A stretch of DNA of 64,000 bases from Aulosira sp. ZfuVER01 (GTDB lineage: Bacteria > Cyanobacteriota > Cyanobacteriia > Cyanobacteriales > Nostocaceae), in the NCBI GenBank assembly GCA_034530615.2, contig JAVRCV020000007.1, positions 96,001-160,000 of the forward strand, in the 5' to 3' direction. Positions within the stretch are counted from its first letter, which is position 1. Every line of letters starts with the position of its first letter. Of this stretch, positions 32,328-42,881 are shown in pieces. Position numbers and translations under genes: made by a program. The notes under the pieces are model-generated. The model had not been told where the DNA came from. It saw nothing but the letters and a program-made list of their open reading frames with translations, and ran no database searches.

Positions 32328-32936
32328 ATGTATTCTACAAGTCCTACCACAGAATCTTCTACTACATTAAATAATTCCATACTAAACGGACTGTTACCTC
32401 AAAAGATATTTGCCCGTCGGGAAGTGATTCCACCCCGGCATGAAGTACTCTGGAGAATTGAGCGGGGAGCGGTTCGTACCTTAACTTGGAGTGAAGATGG
32501 AACATTTATTACTCTGGGTTATTGGGGACCAGGCGATATCATTGGCTATCCCTTATCTAAAGTTAAACCTTATCAAATTGAATCTTTAACAAGCGTGGAA
32601 GTGAGTGTTTTACCACCACACCTTTGGTATCAAGATATAGACGCTTTATTATCCCACATTCAACAAGCTGAGGAGTTGTTAAGTATAGTACATCGTAAAC
32701 CTATGGCAACACGCTTGTGGCAATTTTTAATTTGGTTAAGTGAAAAATTTGGTCGTGAAGTAGAAGATGGCAAACTGCTTGATCTAAATGTGACTCATCA
32801 GGAAATAGCAGAAGTTTTAAATACAACAAGAGTAACTGTTACCAGACTTTTACAGCAATTTGAAGAAGAAGGTCAACTTTTGCGCAAAAAACGACGGATG
32901 ATTATTCGCTTACCTAATAAAGTCAGCACAAAATAA
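32328..32936 (+). CDS. Crp/Fnr-family transcriptional regulator
   Basis: THQEIAE...TTRVTVTRLL HTH. Confidence 0.9.
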   Translation: MYSTSPTTESSTTLNNSILNGLLPQKIFARREVIPPRHEVLWRIERGAVRTLTWSEDGTFITLGYWGPGDIIGYPLSKVKPYQIESLTSVEVSVLPPHLWYQDIDALLSHIQQAEELLSIVHRKPMATRLWQFLIWLSEKFGREVEDGKLLDLNVTHQEIAEVLNTTRVTVTRLLQQFEEEGQLLRKKRRMIIRLPNKVSTK

Positions 32937-33082
32937 GGTAAGATAATCTTGATTTACTTGAACAATTACCAATTCATTTTGGTAAAATCATTTTTGAATT
33001 AACTAAGTAGATTCCCCCATCTTAAAATTTTGGGTGATTTTTCTTAGGACTGAGTTTAGATAGGTGTGAGCGAGAAAAAACA

Positions 33083-34681
33083 ATGACAAAAGTATTCTGG
33101 GATCTGATAAAGGTTGGCCCCTTTGTTGTTGCGGCTACATTTTTGGCTGCCAATAGTACCTTGGTTGCTGAAGCCAACGAACCTGTAAATAGTGTGGCTC
33201 AGTTGTCACAAGACTCTAGCGGCATGGATCAAGTTACATCCGTTTCACAGTTTTCGGATGTACAGCCCACAGACTGGGCATTTCAAGCTTTACAATCCTT
33301 GGTTGAGCGCTACGGCTGTATAGCAGGTTATCCCAACGGTACTTATCGTGGTAATCGTGCTTTAACCCGTTATGAATTCGCCGCTGGTTTGAATGCTTGT
33401 TTAGACAGAGTTAACGAGCTGATTGCTACAGCTACTAGCGATCTCGTAACTAAACAAGATTTAGCGACTCTACAGCGCTTACAAGAAGAATTTTCTGCTG
33501 AATTAGCGACTCTGCGCGGTCGTGTGGATGCTTTAGAAGCTCGTACTGCTGAACTAGAAGCCAATCAATTCTCCACTACCACCAAGTTGCAAGGGGAAGC
33601 GATTTTTAGTGTGTCTCAGCCTTTTGGTGACACCAGAGCTGATAATGGCAACGACTTAGATGCCAATACAGCCTTCTCTGACCGGGTTCGTTTGAGCTTA
33701 TTAAGCAGTTTCTCTGGGAAAGACCAGTTGCAAATCCGTTTGCAAGGTCGCAACACTATCTCTAATGCGGGTGTAACTGGTACCAACATGACCCGTTTGG
33801 GCTATGACGGAGGTACTAATAACAGCGTTGAAATTGATAAAATCAACTATGCTTTCAACCTCAGCGATGCAGTACGGATCAAGATTGATGCTACTGGTGC
33901 TGAGTTGAATGAGAACGTGACCACCTTCAACCCTGACTTTGCTAGCTCTGGTAAAGGTGCGCTATCCCGTTATGGACGCTTCAGCCCCATCTATCGTCAA
34001 GCTGGAGACGGGGCTGGTATAACTGTGAACTTCCTTCCTAAGGGACCTTTGACCTTGAGTGCAGCTTATTTCGCTCAAGCTCAAGGAGCAATAAGTAGTC
34101 CTAACAATCCGGCTGATGGTAATGGGTTATTTGATGGTAGTAATACCTTTTTTGGTCAGGTAGCTTTCAAGCCCAGCCAAGTTTTGAATGTTGGGTTTAG
34201 CTATGCCCGCACTTATCAAAGGACTCCCAACCTCTTCCAAGGTACAGGAAGTGCCTTTGCGAATAATCCCTTTACTGCTGCCGATCGTGTTGAAGCCAAC
34301 CATTATGGTGTCGAAGCTACCTTCCAACCCAGTCCTAAGTTGGCTTTGAGTGGTTGGGCAGGTTACACAACTGCTGATGCTGTCACTGGTGCTGACAGAA
34401 GTGCAGATGCTTGGTATTGGGCTGCTTCACTAGGCTTACGAGACCTGGGTAGTAAAGGTAATGTCTTAGGTGTGATTTTCGGGCAACCACCTAAAGTAAC
34501 TGGCGGTAGCGGTGGTATTGCTTCCGAACCCAGTACTTCTTACCATTTAGAGGGTCTCTACAAGATGAACATATCTGATAATATTCAAATCACCCCTGGT
34601 TTGTTGGTGATCTTTAATCCAGAGCACAAAGACAGCGACAACATTTACGTAGGTACTCTTCGTACCACTTTCAGCTTCTAA
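33083..34681 (+). CDS. Cyanobacterial porin (SLH domain + OprB-type barrel)
   Basis: VTSVSQFSDVQPTDWAFQAL, FSTTTKL, terminal TLRTTFSF. Confidence 0.93.
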   Translation: MTKVFWDLIKVGPFVVAATFLAANSTLVAEANEPVNSVAQLSQDSSGMDQVTSVSQFSDVQPTDWAFQALQSLVERYGCIAGYPNGTYRGNRALTRYEFAAGLNACLDRVNELIATATSDLVTKQDLATLQRLQEEFSAELATLRGRVDALEARTAELEANQFSTTTKLQGEAIFSVSQPFGDTRADNGNDLDANTAFSDRVRLSLLSSFSGKDQLQIRLQGRNTISNAGVTGTNMTRLGYDGGTNNSVEIDKINYAFNLSDAVRIKIDATGAELNENVTTFNPDFASSGKGALSRYGRFSPIYRQAGDGAGITVNFLPKGPLTLSAAYFAQAQGAISSPNNPADGNGLFDGSNTFFGQVAFKPSQVLNVGFSYARTYQRTPNLFQGTGSAFANNPFTAADRVEANHYGVEATFQPSPKLALSGWAGYTTADAVTGADRSADAWYWAASLGLRDLGSKGNVLGVIFGQPPKVTGGSGGIASEPSTSYHLEGLYKMNISDNIQITPGLLVIFNPEHKDSDNIYVGTLRTTFSF

Positions 34682-34742
34682 AATTGGTTAGAGGTTAGTA
34701 GCAATGCTAAAAGTGCTACTAATTTACTAGCTATAAAAATTT

Positions 34743-34764
34743 AACCCGCCAAAGGGCGGGTTTT
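34743..34764 (+). terminator. Rho-independent terminator after the porin
   Basis: AACCCGCC-AAAG-GGCGGGTT followed by TT. Confidence 0.8.
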
Positions 34765-34781
34765 GATTTGGGAAAAAATTG

Positions 34782-35042
34782 CTATGTGGGCTGAATATCT
34801 CGCTGATTAGACAGATCTGTTGGCGGACGATCGCTACTCCAACCCCACCACGCAAAACTACAGTGACAATTGTAGAACTCTTGCCATTTACGGCGATGGT
34901 CTTCTGTCATCACAGGCGATCGCCTATTAATCCAAACTTCTACAGCTTCTCGGCTACTTGAGTTGCAATTAGGACAGCAAAACTGATGAGCATGAATTGC
35001 TTTATTTGTCCATTCAGGCGGGGTAGTAGCAAAAGCGTCCAT
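34782..35042 (-). CDS. Small hypothetical protein with Cys motifs
   Basis: MDAFATTPPEW...CCPNC...YNCHC; possible zinc ribbon. Confidence 0.7.
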   Translation of the reverse strand: MDAFATTPPEWTNKAIHAHQFCCPNCNSSSREAVEVWINRRSPVMTEDHRRKWQEFYNCHCSFAWWGWSSDRPPTDLSNQRDIQPT

Positions 35043-35139
35043 GTATGTCAGAAGTGAATCGCAAATCAAAGGTTAGCACAAAAAGTTAATTTTTTGCATA
35101 ATTAAATACTATGCATAATCATGGCTGATCGTTAAATTT

Positions 35140-35745
35140 ATGGAGCCAAACGCTGAAATTCGTCGTTTACTAGATGTAATGCCTGCTTCTGGGCGGATGA
35201 TTGCAAAGATTGTTAGCAAGCCAGAACAGGCAAAGGTAATTGACGCTTTTTTTCCTCTTCCTTGGAACCAAGAGCGACCAATATATATTAATTTCGATTT
35301 GTGGTTTCGTTTGACAAAATCACAAAGAGATTTACTGCTGTTGCAAATGGTTAGTTGGTTGACGGGGGTGAAGTGGTTCAAACCCAATATTTATCAAGGC
35401 TTAGTACTGGTAGGGCTTTTGGGTGGATTAGTAGAATCATCACAGTCTGATGTCGTGGGTGTAGCGATCGCAGTAGGATTAAGTGCGATCGCTAGTTTTC
35501 GCATCTGGCGTACCAATAAATCTTCAGAGTTAGAATTAAATGCTGATATAGCTGCAATTCGCATCGCAGGGCGGCGGGGTTACTCCGAAGCTGAAGCCGC
35601 AGAGTATTTGTTATCTGCAATTGAAGAAGTAGCTAAGATTGAAGGACGTTCTGGTTTAAATTTTACCGAATTGATCCGTTGCCAAAACTTAAGAGCGATC
35701 GCTGGTTTATCATCTGTGGGGATACCGGGAAGTTATACAAATTAG
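35140..35745 (+). CDS. DUF3318-type membrane protein
   Basis: EIRRLLDVMPASGRM start typical of this cyanobacterial family; two TM segments. Confidence 0.7.
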   Translation: MEPNAEIRRLLDVMPASGRMIAKIVSKPEQAKVIDAFFPLPWNQERPIYINFDLWFRLTKSQRDLLLLQMVSWLTGVKWFKPNIYQGLVLVGLLGGLVESSQSDVVGVAIAVGLSAIASFRIWRTNKSSELELNADIAAIRIAGRRGYSEAEAAEYLLSAIEEVAKIEGRSGLNFTELIRCQNLRAIAGLSSVGIPGSYTN

Positions 35746-37020
35746 CTATTTAACGTCAGTTACCCGCCAGCTAAGTTTTAAGTTCACCCAGAAATTCCAG
35801 ATGGTAGCAACTGCGATCGCAATCAAGTTAGCAATGTAGCGGTTGGGAATGAGGAAATTAAATACTAGATTCAAAATCAGCACATTTAAGACTAATCCAG
35901 CCAAGCAAATTAAATTGAATTTCAAAAAGCGCTTCAAACGTTGACGCCATTCCTGCTGCTTCATGGAGACATCAGCAAAAGTCCAAGCGTCATTCCACAA
36001 AAAATTATTAAAAATTGCAATTTCACCAGCAATGATTTTGCTGCGAGTCAAGGGTAAAGCTAGGGTTGTGGGGTCGCTGAGTAAATAAAGTACTGCCATA
36101 TCCACAAATACTCCACTTAATCCCACCAATCCAAAACGGAGGAATCGACTAATAGGGAAACCAATGTCTTGACTGAATTTTTCTAACTTTCCTGTGGCTT
36201 GGCTAACTCGCCGCAAACGTCCTGTGGAAAGCCGCAACCGCAGTAGGTGGTGTAAATAATCGACATATTGCTTCCACGTCACTTTGCTTTCGCCTTCTTT
36301 GCGTTCGCAGAACACATAGCCTACTTCCGCAATTTCCCGCACCTTTCCTCGCCCAATTACCTCTAGGAGAATTTTGTATCCTACTGGATTGAGGATTGCT
36401 TTGGCGATCACATTTCGACGCACCATAAAATAACCACTCATCGGGTCAGAAACTCTTCCCAGTACTCCAGGTAAGATAATCAATCCCAAAACTTGAGCGC
36501 CACGAGACAAGAACCGCCTCACAATACTCCAACTACTGACACCGCCTCCATCGACATGACGGCTAGCTACTGCCAAATCCGCACCTTGCTCAATCTCAGC
36601 CAATAATTGCGTTAATACCTCTGGTGGATGCTGTAAATCTCCATCAATCACTCCTAGAATACTTCCCCTTGCTGCTTGCCACCCCCGAATCACCGCCGAG
36701 GACAGCCCTCGTTCGTGTTGGCGTCGCATGACCTGTAATTGCGGGTATTGCTCTATGAGGGCTTGTGCTACTTCCCAAGTGCGATCTGGACTATCATCAT
36801 CCACCACAATCAGTTCATACTGTCCGGGAATAGACTCATCCAACAACTGGCTTAATACCTTAACTACATTCGTGATATTATCGCGCTCTTTGTAAGTGGG
36901 AATTACTAAGGAAAGCAGGATAGCTTCTGGATTAGTATCTGCAATCTTAGAAGGCAATTCAGATATCTGTAATTTACCAGTTGGTACTGATAATAATGAA
37001 TTATCTTGGCTGTGACTCAT
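35746..37020 (-). CDS. GT2 polyprenol-phosphate glycosyltransferase fused to a GtrA-like domain
   Basis: VIPTYKE, VDDDSPD, DGDLQHPP, DPMSG; C-terminal RFGLVG...NNFLWND...WNF. Confidence 0.9.
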   Translation of the reverse strand: MSHSQDNSLLSVPTGKLQISELPSKIADTNPEAILLSLVIPTYKERDNITNVVKVLSQLLDESIPGQYELIVVDDDSPDRTWEVAQALIEQYPQLQVMRRQHERGLSSAVIRGWQAARGSILGVIDGDLQHPPEVLTQLLAEIEQGADLAVASRHVDGGGVSSWSIVRRFLSRGAQVLGLIILPGVLGRVSDPMSGYFMVRRNVIAKAILNPVGYKILLEVIGRGKVREIAEVGYVFCERKEGESKVTWKQYVDYLHHLLRLRLSTGRLRRVSQATGKLEKFSQDIGFPISRFLRFGLVGLSGVFVDMAVLYLLSDPTTLALPLTRSKIIAGEIAIFNNFLWNDAWTFADVSMKQQEWRQRLKRFLKFNLICLAGLVLNVLILNLVFNFLIPNRYIANLIAIAVATIWNFWVNLKLSWRVTDVK

Positions 37021-37226
37021 GAGAGTAAAATCCAGTTATGGCAAGGTATATAAAAAGCGAGCTATTGGAGGAAATTAATTTAATTTTATTACCAATTTAC
37101 ACTATTGTTAGTACTCCTGATTTCCGCTTATTTATATTTTCTTCAATTCTTCAGATTTTACGTAAATTTTCCCAGGTTTAACTTTATCTTCAATGTTAAT
37201 TTAAATAAAACATTTTAGTAAAGAAT

Positions 37227-39179
37227 ATGTTTGGTATTTTGCCCATAATATCTTGGCTGCTTCTTTTTCTAATCTTTAACCAAAATTGCCAAGATTGGCG
37301 TAAAGCATTTATATCAACTTCTATTTTCTGGGGGCTTATCCTCGTTTGCTTCACCGAAGTTTTAAGTTATTTTCAAATAATTACCTTTAATTGTTTATTC
37401 ACTACCTGGCTATTATTAAATATTACGCTAGCTTATATATATTTTTTCCGCTTAAAAAATCCCATAGCTATAATTCCACAACAAAATAGTATTTTGCAAT
37501 TAGAAAACTATGTAAAGATTAAATCTTCTTTCGCACTATTATTATTTGGTATATGTTTTGTTGTTGCCACAGTTGGCTTAATTTCTATTATAGCACCGCC
37601 TAATAATTGGGACTCAATGGATTATCACATGGCTCGTGTTGTCCATTGGATGCAAAATCATAGTATTTCTCATTATCCAACAAGTTATACACCACAGCTA
37701 TATCAGAACCCTTGGTCAGAGTTTGTAATTCTGCACTTTCAAATTTTGAGTGGTGATGATTACTATGCCAACTTAGTTCAATGGTTTAGTATGATTGGTT
37801 GCATACTAGGAGTCTCATTAATTGCAAAACAATTAGGTACAGATTTACGCGGTCAGCTGTTTGCGGCGGTTACTAGTGCAACGATTCCTATGGGAATTTT
37901 ACAAGCATCAAGTACTCAAAATGATTATGTACTTGCCTTTTGGCTAATTTGTATAGCTTATTATGTGCTGCTTGTAGCACAAGAAGGCGCAAGAAGTAGC
38001 CCAGCTACTTCATTTTTGATCGGAAGTAGTTTAGGACTAGCTATTTTAACTAAGGGCACAGCTTATTTTTACGTGTTGCCATTTTTGATTTTGTTGAGTT
38101 TTTATGAAATTAAATACTTACGTTTTAAAGTATGGCAGCCTGCATTGATTGTAGGCAGTTTAGCTTTATCATTAAATCTTCCTCACTATTTACGTAATTA
38201 TAATTTATTCGCTTCACCGCTTGGTGAACCAAGTTCCTATAAGAATGAGATACTTGGTGTAAATATTCTAATTTCAAATATTTTAAGAAATTTAGCACTG
38301 CATATAGGAACTCCAATTGGTTTATGGAATGGAATCGCCAATAAAATAATTAAAATCCTCCATATTTTCTTAGGTATAGATGTTAGCGATCCACGGATAA
38401 CTTTCTCTAAAACTTTCTTTGTTCCAGGCGGCTGGTCAACACTTGGTATCCCAGGTAATGAAAATAGTGCTGGCAATTTCTTACATCTATGCATAATAAT
38501 TTTATGCATACTTATCTTTATTAAAAAGAAGAGTTATAAAAATCACGAGTATGTTTTACCCTATACAATTACTGTTTTAGGTACATTTTGCATATTTTGC
38601 TATTTGGTAAAATGGCAAGCGTGGAATAGTCGTCTACATTTGCCACTGTTTGTACTTTTATCTCCATTTGTTGGGGTAGTACTATCTAAACTGGAAAAAA
38701 GAAAAGTAGCAACTTGCTTAGTAATAATTATGTTAATTTCATCCTTGACATGGCTATTTTTTAACAGATATAAACCTATATTTGGTAACTATAATATATT
38801 TCAAACTAGTAGAATTGAGCAATATTTCAGCAATAGACCGTACCTTAAAGATCCATATATAGGAGCAGTTGAATTTTTGCAATCAAAAAACTGCTCAAAG
38901 ATTGGACTTTCACTGGGTAATGACCCTTGGGAGTATCCTTATTGGATACTTTGGCAGCAGGTTAAGAAAGATACGATCGCAATGCAACATATCAATGTCA
39001 CCAATATTTCGGCTAAAAAAAATGAGGAATATCCTTATAAAGATTTTGTTCCCTGCGGGATAATTTCTATGGAAACTAAAAGAAGTAAACAAGAAAAGTC
39101 TCAAGAGATGACTGTCAAAAACACAACTTATATTCGAGCCTCCGATTTTCCCCCAGTTGGCATTTTTATCCCAAAATAG
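37227..39179 (+). CDS. GT-C fold (ArnT/PMT-like) integral membrane glycosyltransferase
   Basis: Multiple TM segments, PPNNWDSMDYH, GLAILTKG; AT-rich. Confidence 0.75.
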   Translation: MFGILPIISWLLLFLIFNQNCQDWRKAFISTSIFWGLILVCFTEVLSYFQIITFNCLFTTWLLLNITLAYIYFFRLKNPIAIIPQQNSILQLENYVKIKSSFALLLFGICFVVATVGLISIIAPPNNWDSMDYHMARVVHWMQNHSISHYPTSYTPQLYQNPWSEFVILHFQILSGDDYYANLVQWFSMIGCILGVSLIAKQLGTDLRGQLFAAVTSATIPMGILQASSTQNDYVLAFWLICIAYYVLLVAQEGARSSPATSFLIGSSLGLAILTKGTAYFYVLPFLILLSFYEIKYLRFKVWQPALIVGSLALSLNLPHYLRNYNLFASPLGEPSSYKNEILGVNILISNILRNLALHIGTPIGLWNGIANKIIKILHIFLGIDVSDPRITFSKTFFVPGGWSTLGIPGNENSAGNFLHLCIIILCILIFIKKKSYKNHEYVLPYTITVLGTFCIFCYLVKWQAWNSRLHLPLFVLLSPFVGVVLSKLEKRKVATCLVIIMLISSLTWLFFNRYKPIFGNYNIFQTSRIEQYFSNRPYLKDPYIGAVEFLQSKNCSKIGLSLGNDPWEYPYWILWQQVKKDTIAMQHINVTNISAKKNEEYPYKDFVPCGIISMETKRSKQEKSQEMTVKNTTYIRASDFPPVGIFIPK

Positions 39180-39263
39180 CAGGCTGAGGATAATTGCACC
39201 GAAAATATTAAGTTTTACTGACAAAATTAAGAAAGGAATTATTTAGTATTTTCGAGATTTAAT

Positions 39264-40403
39264 GTGGTGATAACTGCTTTTGACGCTATTCTTGACCGTG
39301 CCCTGCTGGGATACGATATATCTCCCGCAGAGGGAGTGGTATTGTTAAACCAAACAGATCCAGAGGCGATCGCTGCTATTCAAAACACAGCTGACAAACT
39401 CCGCCGCATTCAAGCCAGTGATACAGTCACCTATGTAATCAACCGCAATATTAACTTTACTAACATCTGCGAGCAGCACTGTAGTTTTTGTGCTTTTCGG
39501 CGTGATGATGGTGATGATGGTGCTTACTGGTTAGATTGGGCGCAAATTTTGGAGAAAGCCACAGATGGAGTGCGGCGAGGGGCGACGGAAATCTGTATGC
39601 AAGGGGGATTGAACCCTCAAGCTCAAGTCAATGGTAAATCTTTGCCTTATTATCTCAAGTTGGTGGAAACGATCAAGCAAGAATTTCCTCAACTACACTT
39701 GCACGCTTTCTCGCCCCAGGAAGTGCAATTTATCGCCAGAGTTGATGGACTTACTTATGCAGAAGTAATTGCAGCTTTGCTGGATGCTGGTGTAGGCTCA
39801 ATGCCAGGAACAGCAGCTGAGGTGTTGGATGATGAGGTGCGGCGGGTACTGTGTCCAGAGAAGATTGACACGGCTACTTGGCTAGAAATTGTCACTACAG
39901 CCCATCAATTAGGCTTGCACACCACCAGCACCATGCTATCGGGGCATATCGAAAGTCCAGAACAGCAAATAGGACATTTAGAAAAATTGCGATCGCTCCA
40001 AAAAACTGCGATCGATAACAACTTTCCAGCAAAAATTACTGAGTTTATTTTATTACCATTTGTGGGGCAAGAAGCACCCAAACCCTTACGTCGGCGTGTG
40101 GGACGCGATCAACCAGTTTTAGGTAATAGCTTACTACTGACTGCTGTAGCACGGATTTACTTAGGTAATTGGATTCCCAATCATCAGCCGAGTTGGGTAA
40201 AGCTGGGGTTGGCTGGTGCTAAAGAAGCTTTAGTTTGGGGTTGCAATGATATCGGTGGCACATTGATGGAAGAACACATTACCACAATGGCAGGAGCCTT
40301 GGGTGGGACATCAATGGAAGTAGAAACATTACAAATTGCGATCGCTTCGTTAGGACGACCTTACCAACAAAGAAACACTTTGTATCAAAAAGTTATGAAT
40401 TAA
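39264..40403 (+). CDS. cofH: FO synthase subunit CofH (radical SAM)
   Basis: [19 protein letters not shown]. Confidence 0.9.
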   Translation: MVITAFDAILDRALLGYDISPAEGVVLLNQTDPEAIAAIQNTADKLRRIQASDTVTYVINRNINFTNICEQHCSFCAFRRDDGDDGAYWLDWAQILEKATDGVRRGATEICMQGGLNPQAQVNGKSLPYYLKLVETIKQEFPQLHLHAFSPQEVQFIARVDGLTYAEVIAALLDAGVGSMPGTAAEVLDDEVRRVLCPEKIDTATWLEIVTTAHQLGLHTTSTMLSGHIESPEQQIGHLEKLRSLQKTAIDNNFPAKITEFILLPFVGQEAPKPLRRRVGRDQPVLGNSLLLTAVARIYLGNWIPNHQPSWVKLGLAGAKEALVWGCNDIGGTLMEEHITTMAGALGGTSMEVETLQIAIASLGRPYQQRNTLYQKVMN

Positions 40404-40507
40404 AAGTGGCAGTTAACAACCCATAATTCAGCACTTAGCACTTTGAATGATCCCCGAGATACCATTCCAAGATACTATGGACGTTGATTTATGCGTTGTT
40501 TCAGTAA

Positions 40508-40909
40508 ATGCTTATGAAGCGCTATTGGTCGCGTCTGCTTGCCCTGGTTTTAGTTGTAGCCATCAGCTTAATGGGCTGTTCTAGTCCTGATAGTTTGACA
40601 GGGGATTATCGTCAAGACACCTTAGCGGTAGTCCAGATTTTGAGAAACGTTCTAGAGTTATCAGAAGATTCACCAAATAAAGCAGCAGTTCAAGCAGAAG
40701 CGCGTCAAAAAATAAATGACTTTTCAGCTCGCTACCAGCGGGCTAACTCTGTTTCTGGTCTTAGTTCCTTTACTACGATGCGAACAGCCTTAAACTCTCT
40801 AGCAGGACATTACAGTTCTTACCCAAATCGTCCTGTACCACAAAAGCTCAAAGATCGCTTAGAACAGGAGTTCAATCAAGTAGAGGCGGCGCTGAGGCGC
40901 GGTGCTTAA
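40508..40909 (+). CDS. psb27: Photosystem II assembly lipoprotein Psb27
   Basis: Lipobox LMGC, LTGDYRQDT, SFTTMRTALNSLAGHY. Confidence 0.95.
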   Translation: MLMKRYWSRLLALVLVVAISLMGCSSPDSLTGDYRQDTLAVVQILRNVLELSEDSPNKAAVQAEARQKINDFSARYQRANSVSGLSSFTTMRTALNSLAGHYSSYPNRPVPQKLKDRLEQEFNQVEAALRRGA

Positions 40910-41375
40910 CTGTCAATAAAGCAGAGTCAAGAGTCTCAACTTGATTGAGGCTCTTAGCTGCTTTGTTAAGTTTAGTTGAATCAGGTAAATAACTTTTAAA
41001 TTTTGCAATTTTATTTATATATATGCCAGGGTATTATCATTGACAACAAAGCAAATAACCAGAAATGGGGAATTACTTGAGCATCTCTTAAAACTTAAAT
41101 AAATAACAAAATGCGGCAACAGAAATAGGGGTTTGAGAGTCTTGAAAAAATAGGCTTCAAAACCTCTATTTTTTAAATAAAGAATTTGATACCCATCAGC
41201 CTCAGCTTTTGTAATTTGAGGTTGATAAGCAGACCTGTTGTACAAGTGCTGTTGGCAAAAGATCGGAAAAGGTTTATGGGGAAAGTACAATTTCCATCCT
41301 TTAGACTTGACTTTATCTTTACCGTTTACCTAACTTTTACAAGAAGTCTACTGTTTTGCCCTGCTACCTTGAAGT

Positions 41376-42875
41376 ATGTTTAACCGTCCCTTGAAAGTTA
41401 CAAAATCAAATTTATTTATCAGGCGTCTAATAGCTACCGTTTTCAGTAGTAGTCTATTGATTCCCAATTTTGGGAGCCAACCAGCACAGGCGCAAGTTCA
41501 AGAATATTGCCAGTTATCCCCAAAAGCAGTCAAAGAAAAAGATAATTTACGTCTTGCAGCGCTCAGAGGCAATGCAGATGCCCAAAAGCGTTACCAGCAG
41601 ATATTAAAACAACATGGACAGGAAATAAAGGAATGCCGTAATCGTACCTGGCCGCAAAACCAAGCAATTTGGTTGCGCTTGTATCCTTGTGACATTAATC
41701 CCGGTTTACTCGACCAAATCATGGATCGAATTGTTAACCTTGGCTATAACCAAGTTAATTTAGAAGTGTTTTATGATGGGCGGGTACTTTTGCCAGCAGC
41801 AGCTAACCCCACAATTTGGCCTTCTGTGATCCGTACCCCAGGTGCAGAAAAGGCAGATCTACTGGCAAATGCGATTCAAAAAGGGCGACAACGGGGTTTG
41901 AAAGTTTACGCCTGGATGTACACTATCAATTTTGGTTATAGCTACGCCCAGCGTCGAGATAGAGAAGCAGCGATCGCACGCAATGGCAAAGGTCAAACCA
42001 GCTTATATGTTGTAGATAACGGCACTCCTGTGTTTATCGACCCATATAACGAACAAGCAAAACGTGACTACTATCAAATAGTGCAGGAGGTGCTGCGCCG
42101 TCGCCCTGATGGGATATTATTTGACTATGTGCGCTATCCGCGTCAAACCGGAACTGATTCGATCGCCACCAAAGTCACAGACTTATGGCTATTTAGTTCA
42201 GCAACTCAAGAAGCTTTATTTCGACGCGCCCAAAATAACAAAGGACTAGACTTAATTCGCCGCTTTTTAAGTAAAGGATATGTAACCGCAGCCGATATTG
42301 CGGAAGTCGATCAACTTTATCCTCAAGAAGGAGAAGCCTTGTGGCAAGGCCGCACTTTATCAGCAGCCCAAAAATCTCTTCTCAATCCCATCGATAAACA
42401 ACCGCTTTTGCAATGGGATTTATGGCAGCTTGCTGTTGCTCATGCCATGCAAGGTATCCTAGATTTTGTAGCTTTAGCAACTTATCCAGCACAAAAATTA
42501 AGTATTCCTGCGGGGGTAGTATTTTTCCCTGAAGGGAACCAACTTTTAGGACAAGGGTATGATTCTCGCTTACAGCCTTGGGATCGATTCCCTAGTACTT
42601 TACAATGGCATCCGATGGCTTATGCCACTTGCGGTGATGTCAATTGTATTGTGTCCCAAGTACAACGGGTTTTGAGTATGGCAAAACCTGGTACGCAAGT
42701 GATTCCAGCCTTAGCGGGTAAATGGGGAGACTCAATTAGCAATCGCCCATCTCTAGAAGCACAAATGCAAGCACTGCGACAATTTGCCCCCCAAATCAAA
42801 GGAGTAAGCCATTTTGCCTATTCTTGGCAATATCCTGAAAATGATAGCGATCGCAAGTTTTGCCGCAATCAATGA
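41376..42875 (+). CDS. Secreted glycoside hydrolase-like (GHL10-type) protein
   Basis: Signal peptide; RGLKVYAW, DGILFDYVRYP. Confidence 0.7.
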   Translation: MFNRPLKVTKSNLFIRRLIATVFSSSLLIPNFGSQPAQAQVQEYCQLSPKAVKEKDNLRLAALRGNADAQKRYQQILKQHGQEIKECRNRTWPQNQAIWLRLYPCDINPGLLDQIMDRIVNLGYNQVNLEVFYDGRVLLPAAANPTIWPSVIRTPGAEKADLLANAIQKGRQRGLKVYAWMYTINFGYSYAQRRDREAAIARNGKGQTSLYVVDNGTPVFIDPYNEQAKRDYYQIVQEVLRRRPDGILFDYVRYPRQTGTDSIATKVTDLWLFSSATQEALFRRAQNNKGLDLIRRFLSKGYVTAADIAEVDQLYPQEGEALWQGRTLSAAQKSLLNPIDKQPLLQWDLWQLAVAHAMQGILDFVALATYPAQKLSIPAGVVFFPEGNQLLGQGYDSRLQPWDRFPSTLQWHPMAYATCGDVNCIVSQVQRVLSMAKPGTQVIPALAGKWGDSISNRPSLEAQMQALRQFAPQIKGVSHFAYSWQYPENDSDRKFCRNQ

Positions 42876-42881
42876 TAGATG

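Noticed and set aside
41306..41340. Pho-box-like repeats upstream of the GHL10-type gene, and similar AT-rich motifs at 31.6-32.2 kb
   Set aside because: Too degenerate relative to PyTTAAPyPy(T/A) with 11-bp phasing to separate from AT-rich background.
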